64,000 bases of DNA from Zygnema circumcarinatum SAG 698-1b (lineage: Eukaryota > Plantae > Zygnematophyceae), in NCBI GenBank assembly GCA_037447605.1, contig CM074810.1:1832880-1896879 (forward strand). The letters are read 5' to 3'. This document shows, piece after piece, positions 45,935 to 57,291 of the stretch. Both the position numbers and the translations under genes were made by a program. Position 1 is the stretch's first letter; each line of letters starts with the position of its first letter. Below the pieces are notes generated by a model that saw nothing but the letters and a program-made list of their open reading frames with translations, ran no database searches and was not told where the DNA came from.

Positions 45935-46002
45935 AATGCTGAAATTCGATATCCGTAACATTCCGAGTCGATGACAGTAACCCGAACATTCCCTCCCGTC
46001 GT

Positions 46003-46180
46003 CTGTAGTCCGTAGTCCGTAGTCTGTAGTCCGTAGTCCGTAGTCCGTAGTCCGTAGTCCGTAGTCCGTAGTCCGTAGTCCGTAGTCCGTAGTCCGTAGT
46101 CCGTAGTCCGTAGTCCGTAGTCCGTAGTCCGTAGTCCGTAGTCCGTAGTCCGTAGTCCGTAGTTCGCAGTCCGCAGTCCG
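46003..46180. repeat. Heptamer tandem repeat (GTAGTCC)n, >20 copies
   Basis: Direct reading. Confidence 0.95.
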
Positions 46181-46485
46181 TCGCTTTAGCGCGGTCGCTC
46201 CGGTCGCGGGGCCTCGGCGTCTTGCGCGTCACGTCACGTCACGGCACGCGCGGGGGCGAAGCGGCGCCGCGAAGTGATGGCCGCACGCCGTTTGTGGTGC
46301 GGTCAATAATCAATTTACAATATTGACCAATTACGGCTCGCCACGTGGGCAAGAAAGTCCAAAGTTGACGCGATTTCTGCCATGCTGTCGTCGCACGCCC
46401 TTGTCGGCGACTCGTTTGGGTGCGAACAAAATCGTGGGGAACGAGCCCTTTCCAGTAAACCACGCGGGTCAATTTCCGCAACATT

Positions 46486-46687
46486 AGGGGGAGTCAGACC
46501 TTGACCATTGCCAAACCAATTTTGTAAGCCTGTCGGGCGAATTAAGCATTGGCTAGGTACGCGTTTCGGTACGGCTGTGTAAGGCAGGGCCGCGGATCCC
46601 GACCCGGAATTCGTACACGATAGAAGTGACTTTTAGTAAAAGGAATTCGGGAACTCCGTAGGCGATGGTCAAGGTCTGACTCCCCCT
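46486..46687. mobile_element. Small MITE W (202 bp; perfect 23-bp TIR AGGGGGAGTCAGACCTTGACCAT, TSD ATT)
   Basis: att|AGGGGGAGTCAGACCTTGACCAT...ATGGTCAAGGTCTGACTCCCCCT|att. Confidence 0.85.
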
Positions 46688-46881
46688 ATTGACAATCTTG
46701 ATATTTCCCCCTTAACAGCACTCCCCAACATCATTACCCCTCAACATCACCCCCCCCGTACGATCAGTCCCCAGCATCGGCTCTCCCCCTACCCCTCCCC
46801 CTGCCCCTCCCCCTCACCCTCCCCTCCCCCCTCCCTCTCCGTCTCCCTCTCCCTCTCCNNNNNNNNNNCCTCCCTCCCGCC

Positions 46882-47841
46882 ATGGGCAAGCGCAGCGCAG
46901 TGAAGAGAGCCCTCCGCCGCGCGAACCCCCTCTCCCTCCTCTCCCCCCTCCTGCAGTGCTGCATTGCGCCCCCGCCCACCCTCGGGCCGTGCGAGGACGG
47001 AGAGGTCCCCCTCGAGTGCCTCGCCCTCGTCCTCCCCCTCCTCCCTCCCGACCTCCTCCTCTCCCTCTCCCTCGTCTGCAAGACCTGGGCTCGCGCTCTC
47101 CGTTCTCCCGCTGTCCTCCAGGATATCTGTGCCGCCACATTCGACAATGTATTGAACCAAACTGCTCTTCCATGCAGCGTATTTTTTCTCCTCCGAAGAC
47201 CCTTTCTTATTCACACCTCAATCTTGCACGATTTCCAAAAATCATTTCCAAAAGGCTTAATCTTAGAAGGTGGAAAGCAATGCGCTATGATCGATGAATG
47301 TTCTGGAGCCCTTTCCATGTCAATCCTTCCGAAAATCGTTTCACGGAACACGCATATAGTCGCCGTTCCAGAGTCTCTCAGGTTTCAGTCTTCTCCCCCT
47401 CCTCTTGAAGCAGTGCAGGTGTCTGTTCAGAAAGGGAAGCCCCTCCTCCTTCAAAGCTCCTTCACCTGCAAAATACCCCCCGGATATTACTCCATTTTCT
47501 GGCAATTTTCACGGAAATTAATCCTTTCGGACGACGCCATCCCTGTATCGAAAATTTCCGTAAAATTTAAGAGCCGTGTTAGATATAAATTTGACAGCGT
47601 TGTGCACCGAGAAGTGGAGCTGCAGGCGGAGATCGTCCCCTTGGAGGGCTCTCCCCCCTTGGAAGTTGAAGTGGCGCGCATAAAGCTAGAGGGCTGCGAC
47701 TGGTCAAATTTAGGGTTCAAGGAGGGGCCGGAGGCGCTCCATGTGCAGCCAGTTTCCGTTGAACTGTCGGACCATTCCCTGGAGGCGGAGGTGCAGGGGC
47801 TGCTCGTTCACTCCCTGCTGCTCAGATCGGTGGGTTTTTAG
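46882..47841 (+). CDS. Intronless F-box protein with a probable PP2 (phloem protein 2)-like C-terminal domain, 319 aa
   Basis: F-box EVPLECLALVLPLLPPDLLLSLSLVCKTWARALRSP. C-terminal segments GKQCAMI, IPPGYYSIFWQF and QGLLVHSLLLR resemble PP2-A domains (tentative). Confidence 0.72.
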   Translation: MGKRSAVKRALRRANPLSLLSPLLQCCIAPPPTLGPCEDGEVPLECLALVLPLLPPDLLLSLSLVCKTWARALRSPAVLQDICAATFDNVLNQTALPCSVFFLLRRPFLIHTSILHDFQKSFPKGLILEGGKQCAMIDECSGALSMSILPKIVSRNTHIVAVPESLRFQSSPPPLEAVQVSVQKGKPLLLQSSFTCKIPPGYYSIFWQFSRKLILSDDAIPVSKISVKFKSRVRYKFDSVVHREVELQAEIVPLEGSPPLEVEVARIKLEGCDWSNLGFKEGPEALHVQPVSVELSDHSLEAEVQGLLVHSLLLRSVGF

Positions 47842-48510
47842 GGTTCAGGACGAGTCAGGGGTTAGGGTTTGAGGGTGAGGGTTTATGTTTTTAGGGTTTG
47901 GGTATTAAGGTTTTAGGGGTTCAGGGTGAGGGTTAGGATTTTAGGATTTAGGGTTTTAGGGTAAGGGTTGAGGGGTAAGAAGGTTAGGTTTGTAAGGTTA
48001 GCGTTTAGGGTTGTAAATTTCTTGGTCAGGGTCTAGGGTTGAAGGCTTAGAATTGCAGGCTCTGGGGTTAGGGCTGTTGGGTTTGAGATTACGTTTTAGG
48101 GTTAAGGAGTTTGGGTTCTAGAGTTGAGTTGGTTTAGGATTCGGAATTTGAATTTAGGGTGCAGGGTGTAGGGTGTAGGGTTTTAGGGCTTCAGGGTTTG
48201 GGGGTCTTTAGGGCTTTAGAGTTGGAATGTAGTGCTTTGAAGTAGGGTTTAGGGTTGTGGTGCAGGAAGAAGAAGATTATTGCGAAGTAGGGTTTAGGCT
48301 TAGCATTCAGTGGTGGGATATTGTGGGCGAATTTCAGAAACCCTAGAAACGTGTTCACTATAGGAACCCTAAATCTTCAAAACCCTAGAAAATAAGGCTT
48401 TCAGATAGTTTATAAACTCATGAACCCTAGAAGCTGTAAGCATAACCCCTGCCTCGCCCCTGCCTGCCCTGCCTCTTTGTTCAAAACTCATCTTCAAAAG
48501 CCCTAAAAAA
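47836..48510. repeat. Degenerate interstitial telomere-like array: TTTAGGG variants, then CCCTAAA variants
   Basis: Many TAGGGTT variants at 47836-48300, then AAACCCTA variants at 48338-48510. Confidence 0.75.
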
Positions 48511-49931
48511 CACTCAAATCGAATAAGACGGGCCCTATCAGGCAGAGAGAGAGAGTAAATGCAGAAGGAGAGGGAGGGAGAGGAGAGAGAGAGGAAATTA
48601 TAAGAGGGAGAGGAGGTAGCGAGGAGAGAGGGGAGACTGTCAAATAATGTACCTTGAAACTAAGAGCTAGTAAGAAATAAGAGGGCCTCGGGTCATCTAA
48701 CTGTCTCTATGTGGCAAATTCCGTTGAGAGTTTCTAAGGGAGATTTGGTTTGATTTGGATTCGGTTTCTTTTTAGCTTTAAAAAAAATATGTATATATAT
48801 GGTTGAGTGTAAGAGGCCGCCTTAGGATTTAGACTTTTTTTGTAATAATTTTGTAAATGTATATAATTTTTTTATTTGTTTTTCGTCCTTGGCTATTTCC
48901 AGTGGAGCTAGAGCAGCCATGCTCCATGCTGGAATTTTTTTTTATAAAAATCCTTTAAATAGAATAGTTGCTGCGGGACGTGCCATGTTTGAGCTCTGAC
49001 TGTTTCAAAAAAAAAAAAAAATTATTGAATGGGTTTCCATGCTTCGCTTCAATTTCAGTTCAACTGCCGTTACGTTTTGTTGTTCCATTTTTTTCTTCGT
49101 TCCATTTGTGACAGTCACTGTACGGAAGCGGTATCGTCCGTACGTTGCCATGTGGTTAACTATTGTACTGTAGTCACATACAGTACTGGAAAGGTACAGT
49201 AAAAATATTTCCGTACAAAGGCACGTGTCAAAATTGAATGCAGCCACGTGGAAATCATACGGCACTTTTGTTTTCTCATTGCGTGACACGTGGCTGAAAC
49301 AATCCGTCGGAAGATGCCACGTCAGCTCGAAGTCCCTTCCGTGGCGTTTCCTAAGGGCTTCGGGACCGCCACAAGACGACATATGACTTCACCCCCAGAA
49401 AGGAATTAGTACACCACAGTCCTCCTCCCTATGTTAAGTGTGGACGAAACATGCTTCGCTCTGTTTGTTCTTTATTCGCCCACGGGTCAAGCTGCTCTCA
49501 AATGCATCCTGACCGTCGATTGTTTTCATGCCTCAAACCGGACCGTCCACGTGTCCATCGGAGCCCGCAGTCAACGGGCGATTGACCAGTCAGCGTTCGC
49601 TGAGCTGAACATTTGTACGGCCATCGGCTACATCACCTACACTCTCTACATCACTTATCCGCTACATCACTCGATCATGTAACATCACTATATCCCTTCG
49701 TCAGTTTTCGTCCACGTCCTGCATCATCATTCTCCCTTGGAATTCGCTACATCATTTTCACCAACATCACTTATCTCAACACAATTACCAACCAACATAA
49801 CTATAACGGCCGCAGTCGCTATTGTACCGTACGGAAAGTGCAGCGTACGGTATGTAGCGCAGAGCATGACATCATTTGAGGGCCTGCATCAAGTGATGTA
49901 GAGGCAGCTCTACATCATTTTCAAGGACTCT

Positions 49932-49938
49932 TATAAAA
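49932..49938 (+). promoter_or_regulatory. Putative TATA box of GAD, followed by a probable 5'UTR intron (~49976-50664)
   Basis: TATAAAA ~40 nt before a strong donor AAG|GTGAGC; acceptor TTTCAG shortly before the ATG at 50697. Confidence 0.5.
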
Positions 49939-50696
49939 AGGGACCCCCCAGACCTTCGTTTTCGAAATTGAAAAGGTGAGCAGGGCAAGCAGCATACTTT
50001 TCTTCGCTGCTTTAAATTTTTTTCTTCGTTCTAAACTTCTCTCCTCCTCCTACATCGCCCCACTTTTTTTTGCTTTCATATTATCTGCCCGTTCTTTCTT
50101 TATGTAAGCCTCTTTTTTAAATCAATTTATTAACAGATTTCTTCTTTATATAAAAAACCACCCGCTTGTGCCCTCTATTTCCTTTTCTTAGCTTTTTCAT
50201 TTCTTTCCCTCTCTTTCTCGATCCCTTTTTTTTCTTTTTTTTTCCCCAAATATTTCTCTTTTCCGCTCAACTCAACAACTCATATACTCCCCATTCTTCT
50301 CTTCTTGACTTACTTGGAAAAAGGTGCTCCTTACTTTGAGCCTCTCCCTCTGCGCACTCTCTCTCCGTTCCTCTCTATCTCTCTCCCTCCCTCTCTATCT
50401 CCCTTCACTCTCCTTCTCTGCTCTCTCGCTCTCCCTCCCTCTCTCTCCCTCTCCCTCCCTCCCTCCCTATCTCCCTCCCTCCCTCCCTCCCTCCCTCCNN
50501 NNNNNNNNCCTCCCTCCCTCCCTCCCTCCCTCCCTCCCTCCCTCTCTCCCGCTGCACACTCTCTCTGATCTTTCCCTCGTCCCCCTCCCTCTCTCTCTCC
50601 TCCCTCTCCCTCTCTGCTCACACCCACTCCCCCCCTCTCTCTCTATCTCTCTTCTTGATTTCAGATCCCCTTTAACCACTCTCCCGCCCCGCCGCC

Positions 50697-52452
50697 ATGG
50701 TTTTGACCACGAACACTTCCGAGGAGGCGGCGTCACGTCACACGGTCGACACCGTCTTCGCGACGCGCTATGCGTCCACTCCGTTGCCCAAGTACGGCCG
50801 CTCCATGTCACGGAAATCCGTAGAACTGAGCACCGTCAAACCGTCAATGCCTGCCAGGATCACTTCGCAATCTTTTTTTGCTTTGTTCAGTGTGCGTTTT
50901 TATGGTTATCTTTTTATTTCTCCCTTCGACTTACTTAAAGAAATTATTTTCTTTACGGTTCACCTCGTTCGATTATCTCTCCTTCTGCATTTATCTCCCC
51001 TCGTTCCTTCTCCATCGCTCTCCCTCTAACTCTCTTCCCCGCCCTCTCTCCCTCTCTCTGCCTCTCCTCTCTCTCTCCTCTCTCTCTCGCTCTCTCTCAC
51101 TCTCTCTCTCTCTCTCTTTCCCGCTCTCCTACCCNNNNNNNNNNNNNNNNNNNNNNNNNNNNNNNNNNNNNNNNNNNNNNNNNNNNNNNNNNNNNNNNNN
51201 NNNNNNNNNNNNNNNNNNNNNNNNNNNNNNNNNNGAGGAGGGGAGGAGGGGAGGAGGGGAGGAGGGGAGGGGGAGGAGGGAGAGGGAGGAGGGGAGGAGG
51301 GAGGAGGGGAGAGGGAGGAGGGGAGGAGGGGAGGAGGAGGAGGAGGAGGGAGGAGGGGAGGGAGGGAGGGGGGGAAGGGGAAAGGAGAGAGGGGATGGGA
51401 AAGATGAGGTTGGGAGAGAGAAAGGATAGTGGGTTGGAGGTGGTGGTTTTGAACATCGGACCTTTGCTTGCTCTAATTCCGTACGGTGGTGCTGCAGGAG
51501 CAAGTCAGCTGATAGCGCAGTACTATCAGTTCATCCGCCTTGGCTTTGAGGTGAGAACCGAGTCCCTCTCGCTCTCTCGCTCACTCTCTCCTCCCCCCCT
51601 CTCACTCTCTCTCGCTTCCTCTCTCTTCCCCCCCGCTTCCTTTTTCCCTCTCACCCAGTTTCCTCACCTTCTCTCCTTTCCTTGCCGCCATTGTTTTCCC
51701 TCTCCATCCCTTCTCCCGTTTCTCTCTCCCCTTCCTCAATGTTTCTCCCCTCCGCCTCCACTCCCCCCCCCCACTCTCTCCTACACCTCCTTACCTTCCC
51801 CCACCCCTTCCCGTTTCTCTCCGACCTACACTTCCCCTCCATCTCCACTTTCCCTCCTCCCTCAATCTCCTTTTACTCCCCCNNNNNNNNNNCTCAGGGC
51901 TACAAAGGAGTAATGGAGTCATGCGATGCCAACGCGAAATACCTAAAGGAGCGTCTCCTCGCCATGGGCAAGTTCCGAATTCTTTCTAAGGACCAAGGGG
52001 TCCCTTTGGTCGCCTTTTCTCTCATAGACAAAACGAACTATGACGAGTACGAAATTGCGGAACATTTGCGCCATTCGGGATGGATAGTGCCCGCCTACAC
52101 TATGGCACCGGATGCCCAAAAAGTCTCTCTCTTGCGAGTGGTAGTGAGAGAGGATTTTAGCCGAACTTTGGCGGACCGGCTAATGGGAGATATGGAGAAG
52201 GCAATTGCCTATCTTGAAGGGCATCCGCCCAGGGCCATAGTGGAGGCGATGGAGAAGCTGGCGGAGGTGAGGGCAGTGGAGGGAGAGGGAGGGAGGGAGA
52301 GAGGGGAGGGAGAAGAGGCGAAGCATGAAGGGGTGAAGGGGACGAGGAAGTTCCCAATAGACGGACACGCCCTCGACGAGACTCTTTTGAAGTTGAAGAA
52401 TTTTCACTTGTTTAAGAAGAATGCGGTGTCGAAGACAAATGGGGTATGTTGA
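50697..52452 (+). CDS. GAD: Glutamate decarboxylase (plant type); central exons missing at the N100 gap 51135-51234
   Basis: Exon 1 50697-50791 (MVLTT..DTVFATRYASTPLPK), exon 51498-51550 (GASQLIAQYYQFIRLGFE), last exon 51898-52452 (GYKGVM..GVPLVAFSL..GWIVPAYTMAPDAQ..LRVVVREDFSRTLADRL..KTNGVC*). Confidence 0.95.
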
Positions 52453-53474
52453 GAGAGGGAGAGGGAGAGGGAGAAGGAGAGGAAAGGGAGAGGGAGAGGG
52501 AGAGGGAGAGTGGGTGAGGTGGGTGGAGATAGGGGGGGTACGAAGGAAGATAGGAAGGAGGAGGAAGGTGCCATTTGCAAACGTAGTCTTCAAAGGTTTC
52601 TGTATTGTAGTTTGGGCCAGCGTAGATTTTTTTTTTGGACGAATTTGGGCCCACATTTTTGGATTTTCTTTTTTTGTGTTCCGTGTTTACACATTTGCAG
52701 AGCGTTGTCTTTTTCGAGGGAGTTGATTTTGGCACTTTCGGCTTTGTAGACTTGAATATTTTCAGTTCTGTAAAAGAGCTATTAAGCGTGCCATTTTTTC
52801 TATGTAAAAAAGCAAAGGATGTAAACAACAGTGAAGCTTATGAATGTTGTGAAGTTAGCTGCATTCGAGTTTAGGATATGCGCATATCGAAAATTTGTCT
52901 CCTATCTGGGATTCTCTAAACCAATGGTGAAGTAGAAAAATAAGGTATTAGTATAGCTTTTGGACTGAAGTTCCGAGAGGGAGAGGGAGAGGGAGAGGAA
53001 GAGGGAGAGGGAGAGGGGGGAGGGAGAGGGAGAGGAAGGAGAGGGAGAGGAGGGAGAGGGAGAGGGAGAGGGAGAGGGATAGGGAGAGGGAGAAGGAGGG
53101 GAAGATGAGAGTGAGGAGGGAGAGGGAGAGCAGGAAGAGGGAGAGGGAGAGGAGGGAGAGGGAGAGGGAGAACACCACAAGAATGCAAAAGAAACAGTAA
53201 ATGAAACGAGTAAATAAAATGAAGCACAACGCGGGGATTCAGAACCTTCCAGGCATTCCAGAATTTAAGGAAGTGACCTTGGTGAAAACATTTCCCAAAA
53301 TATATTTCATGTTTGGACCCGTGGATAGGTTTGAATCGATTTCATGTAAAAAAGGGAAAGCGCGAACCAACTAACTAACTAACTTTTTTTTAGGGAAAGC
53401 GCGAACCCCATTTACTCTCCATTTAAAGATATACATATTTGAATTTGTCTGTTTCGCGCCGATCAATTTCGAGT

Positions 53475-54108
53475 CTAAGTGTGGTACTCGTGCTCGTGCC
53501 CGTGGCCATTGATGCTGCAAAAAGCGGAAAAAAAGCAAGGGCAAAAATAAGAGGAAAAATTTGACAAATTCGTTTGGCACGCCTGAACATAGATGGGGAT
53601 CGTACAAAGTTTAAAGAAATAAAGATAAGAAAACAATTGAAACGAACAAGAGAAAATTGAGAGGTTGAAAAGGGGAGGATGAGGGCGAGAGAGAGAGAGA
53701 GAGAGAGCGCACTGGCTGACGACGATGAAGACGGCGTAAACGAGGCCCGGAATGTACCCCAAGAGGGTGAGGAGGATGCACAGCTGCACCCACGGGAGGG
53801 AGGGAGAGGGAGGGAGGGAGGGAGGGAGGGAGGGAGGGAGGGAGGGGAGGGCAGGGGGTGGGAAGGGGAAGGAGAGAGAGAGGAGAATTCAATAAAATGA
53901 GGAATTACGTGTTAAGCGGATATAGAGGTGGGCCGTACCTGGGGGAGAGAGACGAGCGATGAAAAGAAGGAAGAGCAGGAAACGAATAGAGACAGAAATA
54001 AATAAAGCAATAGAGGGAGAGTGAGAGAGACCCATTTCTTGGGGCGGTTAACAGATTGATGGGAAAACGCGGAGGTGCGATATCCAGAACACAGAGAACA
54101 AGAGAGAG

Positions 54109-54151
<43 letters not shown>

Positions 54152-54284
54152 AAGAGAAAAGAGAGAGACAGAGAGAGTCCCAGTGCCGTACCAGGAAGGA
54201 GCAGGAGCAGCCGCGCTTCATGAAGACGCCCAGCGGCGGGAGCAGGATGGCCGCCAGAATGGAGCAGCAGTCCCACGTACACAT
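53475..54284 (-). CDS. RCI2/PMP3 (UPF0057) small hydrophobic stress protein, 3 exons, ~67 aa
   Basis: Exons 54192-54284, 53713-53783, 53475-53514 give MCTWDCCSILAAILLPPLGVFMKRGCSCSFLLCILLTLLGYIPGLVYAVFIVVSHINGHGHEHEYHT, with the ILLPPLGVF and LTLLGYIPG signature. The third exon is inferred. Confidence 0.9.
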
Positions 54285-54735
54285 TTTGGCGCGCTCTCCT
54301 CTGCAAGCACGGCGGCGCTTGCACCCGCAGCCGCGCCCTTCAAGCAGCGCCTACCACGGGGGGGAGTGCTGGCCGGGGGCGGTCTCGCTCTGTACTGATA
54401 GGAGGGAGAGGGAGCGGGAGAGGGAGAGGGAGAGGGAGAGGGAGAGGGAGAGGGAGAGGGAGAGGGAGAGGGAGGGTGAGTGGTGGAGGGGGAGGGAGAG
54501 GGGGATGGAGAGGGAGGAAGAGGGAGGGAGAGGGAGTGAGAGGGAAGTAGAGGGTGGAAGTAAAGGGGGGAGACCGAGACCGGGTGTCGTCGCCTCCTGT
54601 CTCCAATGAATATCCGCCAGGTGGACCTTTTGGGCACAAAATGAAAGTATTTCAAAAACAGTATATTTAGTTTGATTGTTGAGGCAGTAGTTCTAAGTTG
54701 TACTGTACGGAATGCTTGTTGTAAAATTTCCGTAT

Positions 54736-55450
54736 TGCCACGTGACATGATGCCATTGGCTGTTTGCAAGTATCAAATTTCAGAAACGGTTGCGGAATGC
54801 GTCATTTCACCGACGGACAATAATGGAAAGGCGACCCTGATGCGATCTTAGCCAATGGGGAGGGCGTCACGTGAACAGATGATTTTCGTGCGATACGGAT
54901 AGCCGTCCGATTTCGTGAGGAAGTAGATCGACGGTGTTCGCTGGTACTGTACGGATAGAGGGAAGGAAGGATTAGGAAGCTGTCGAGAAGATTAAAATAG
55001 GAAGGCTAAAAGAATATGTTTCTTGCAGGCGAATTAGATGGTGCCACAGCAGCTAGAATTGCAGAAATGCGGGCAGCTGAAATGTGTTCAGGTTCATCGG
55101 TTTGTTATATGATCCTCCACTGACGTGGCATGAACTGCTGATGACACGTGTCCCGAGTTGGAGCCTCCTGACGTGGACGGCCTTACGCCAAACTTCATTT
55201 TTGGGGCGAGTTGAGTCAAAAAACGATTGGATGCGTCAATTTTGAGCTCCTCGTTGAACGCAACGGGACTGACGTGTGACCCATGTGACGCCAACTTTTA
55301 TTCGACGTGGCGCCAACGTGGCTTCGTCACGGCAGCCACGTGGCGCTTTGTGGCATTCCTTCCATACGAAGGAGGTACCTACGGGCCTACGTGGTCTAAC
55401 CTTTAGACCCACGTGGAGACTCCGTGGCATAACGACGTGGCACCACGTCA
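54736..55450. promoter_or_regulatory. Dense cluster of ACGT-core G-box/ABRE-like sites upstream of RCI2
   Basis: >=11 ACGTG(G/T) or CACGT sites in 55120-55450, plus CACGTG at ~54739 and ~54868. Confidence 0.5.
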
Positions 55451-57136
55451 GCAATGCCCTTCCCCCCCTCGGAATCGTTGCCGTTGGCCCGCCTCTTTGT
55501 TGAAAAAAAAATATTGCCCAAATCTATGACGTGTACGGTTGTTGAACATATCATCTGTTACATGAAGTACCGCGCAACTGCGACAGTAAAACTAGGGTTG
55601 AAGTGTAGACCGTATAGTTTCAAGAAGCGTGATCCATGCACAGTTACAGTTGTAACGAGCTTTGTAACGGAGTCATCACAAGGAATTGCAAATGACGGCA
55701 CTGTCAGGTCAAGATTCGTCCGAATTCCGTTATTTCCTGCCCGGCAACCCGATAAAAATTACGTGATTTACGGAACTTCTCCTTTTGTCGCCTCTGATTG
55801 GCCAGGTCTCCACAAAGTTAGGAAAAACTCGCCGTCCGTACGGTCATCACTGTTACAATAAATTTTTCCGCTGACGTCAAATCTGCCCGAATCGTCCGGA
55901 ACTTCCTGCGGAAGCCGGACAAAAAGGCGAGTTTGTCAGTTACGAAGCTGCCAATTCTGGAACTGTCGTTCCGAGAACTGCAGTGCCGACAGCAATCATG
56001 GCCGCTGGCAGGTACTGCCAAATGTTGTCCGTACACATTTACAATTGTACGGTTACTGTACAGTAGCCATTTCGTTTGACAGTATATGTACGGTATTTTT
56101 GTCCATTATGTTCCTACAATTTTTGGATTTTTTTATTTTTTATTTTTTGGGAGGGAAAGACAAGACTGGCGCCTATTGGCGGTTCAGGTCAGCCTGCAAT
56201 GACGACACGTGGCACTGGTCCCGAAAATGGTCACGTGGCAGCGTCGGATTGCCGGAATCAGTCTCGCTTCTTGGGACCGCCCCTCGGAGGTTTTCCAGGA
56301 TACGCGGCACGGCACGCGATTGGGCGGCCGTAAACGTCGAAAAAAGCGAGCGCTAGGGACCGCATTGAACGCGTCTTAGCGTTGCCCAACGGCCACGACA
56401 ACTAGCACATGGAACGTCGGCCTCAAGTCAATGCACGGGTAATGGTGATTGGTTGCGCTGCTTCCAATCAAATTCTGACAGGTGCCCTCTAACGGTCAAT
56501 GACATGGGCTAGGTGGGTATGTATGTATGTACTCATGTATGTATGTATATTTGTATACGTATCGTCATGGACATCATTATGGTCACCATCAATTGATCAC
56601 CACCATCATCATCAAGGAGCACAATTCGGAGCTCACTGATCACATTCAGCGACTAGCAGTGCCCATTCACTGGTAAAGTTTTTTCATTTCAGGACGTTGG
56701 AGCTTCTCTTACTTAAGTGGAAACTTTGCACATATATATAACGACGGCATCCTGCCCCCTTTCAAGCCGGAGCAGCTCACATTTTAAAACCCTAATTTTG
56801 GCTGTGCCTACTTCTCAACTTCCGGTTCTAAACCTCAGAACAGGTTCATAATTCTGTTGACCTTTCCAAATTATTTCGGAGTGATCTAATTCACACTATC
56901 CGATTCCAACAGAAAACTTATTATCCTCCCAAGGGCTTCTTGGAAGATAAGCAAAAGAAGTAAAGACCAAGGCGGATAATGTACAAAACCCTACTCCCCC
57001 CTCTTTGGATCCACCGTGGATCCAGCCACGCATGGATTCCACCTGAACTCGAAGCCGACGAGGACAGACCGCAAACTCTCATGTTGATCACCGCTCCATG
57101 TTCACACCATTACCACATGGATGACCCCTGGATGAC

Positions 57137-57172
<36 letters not shown>

Positions 57173-57291
57173 TCTATCTCTCCCTCTCTCGTTTTCCAGT
57201 TTGTCTGCAATCTGTCCTCATCAGCTCCAATCACAATGACCTTCTTTTCAACCCATTTTCATAAGGGTCGGCCCAGAACTCCGGTACTGCT

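Noticed and set aside
45933-46232. (TTDYGLR)n repeat protein or CRISPR-like array
   Set aside because: Simple 7-bp tandem repeat without spacers; eukaryotic context, no cas genes.
50792-51497. GAD apparently lacking its PLP-binding core (pseudogene?)
   Set aside because: The missing exons coincide with an N100 gap of unknown true size; the flanking exons are intact.
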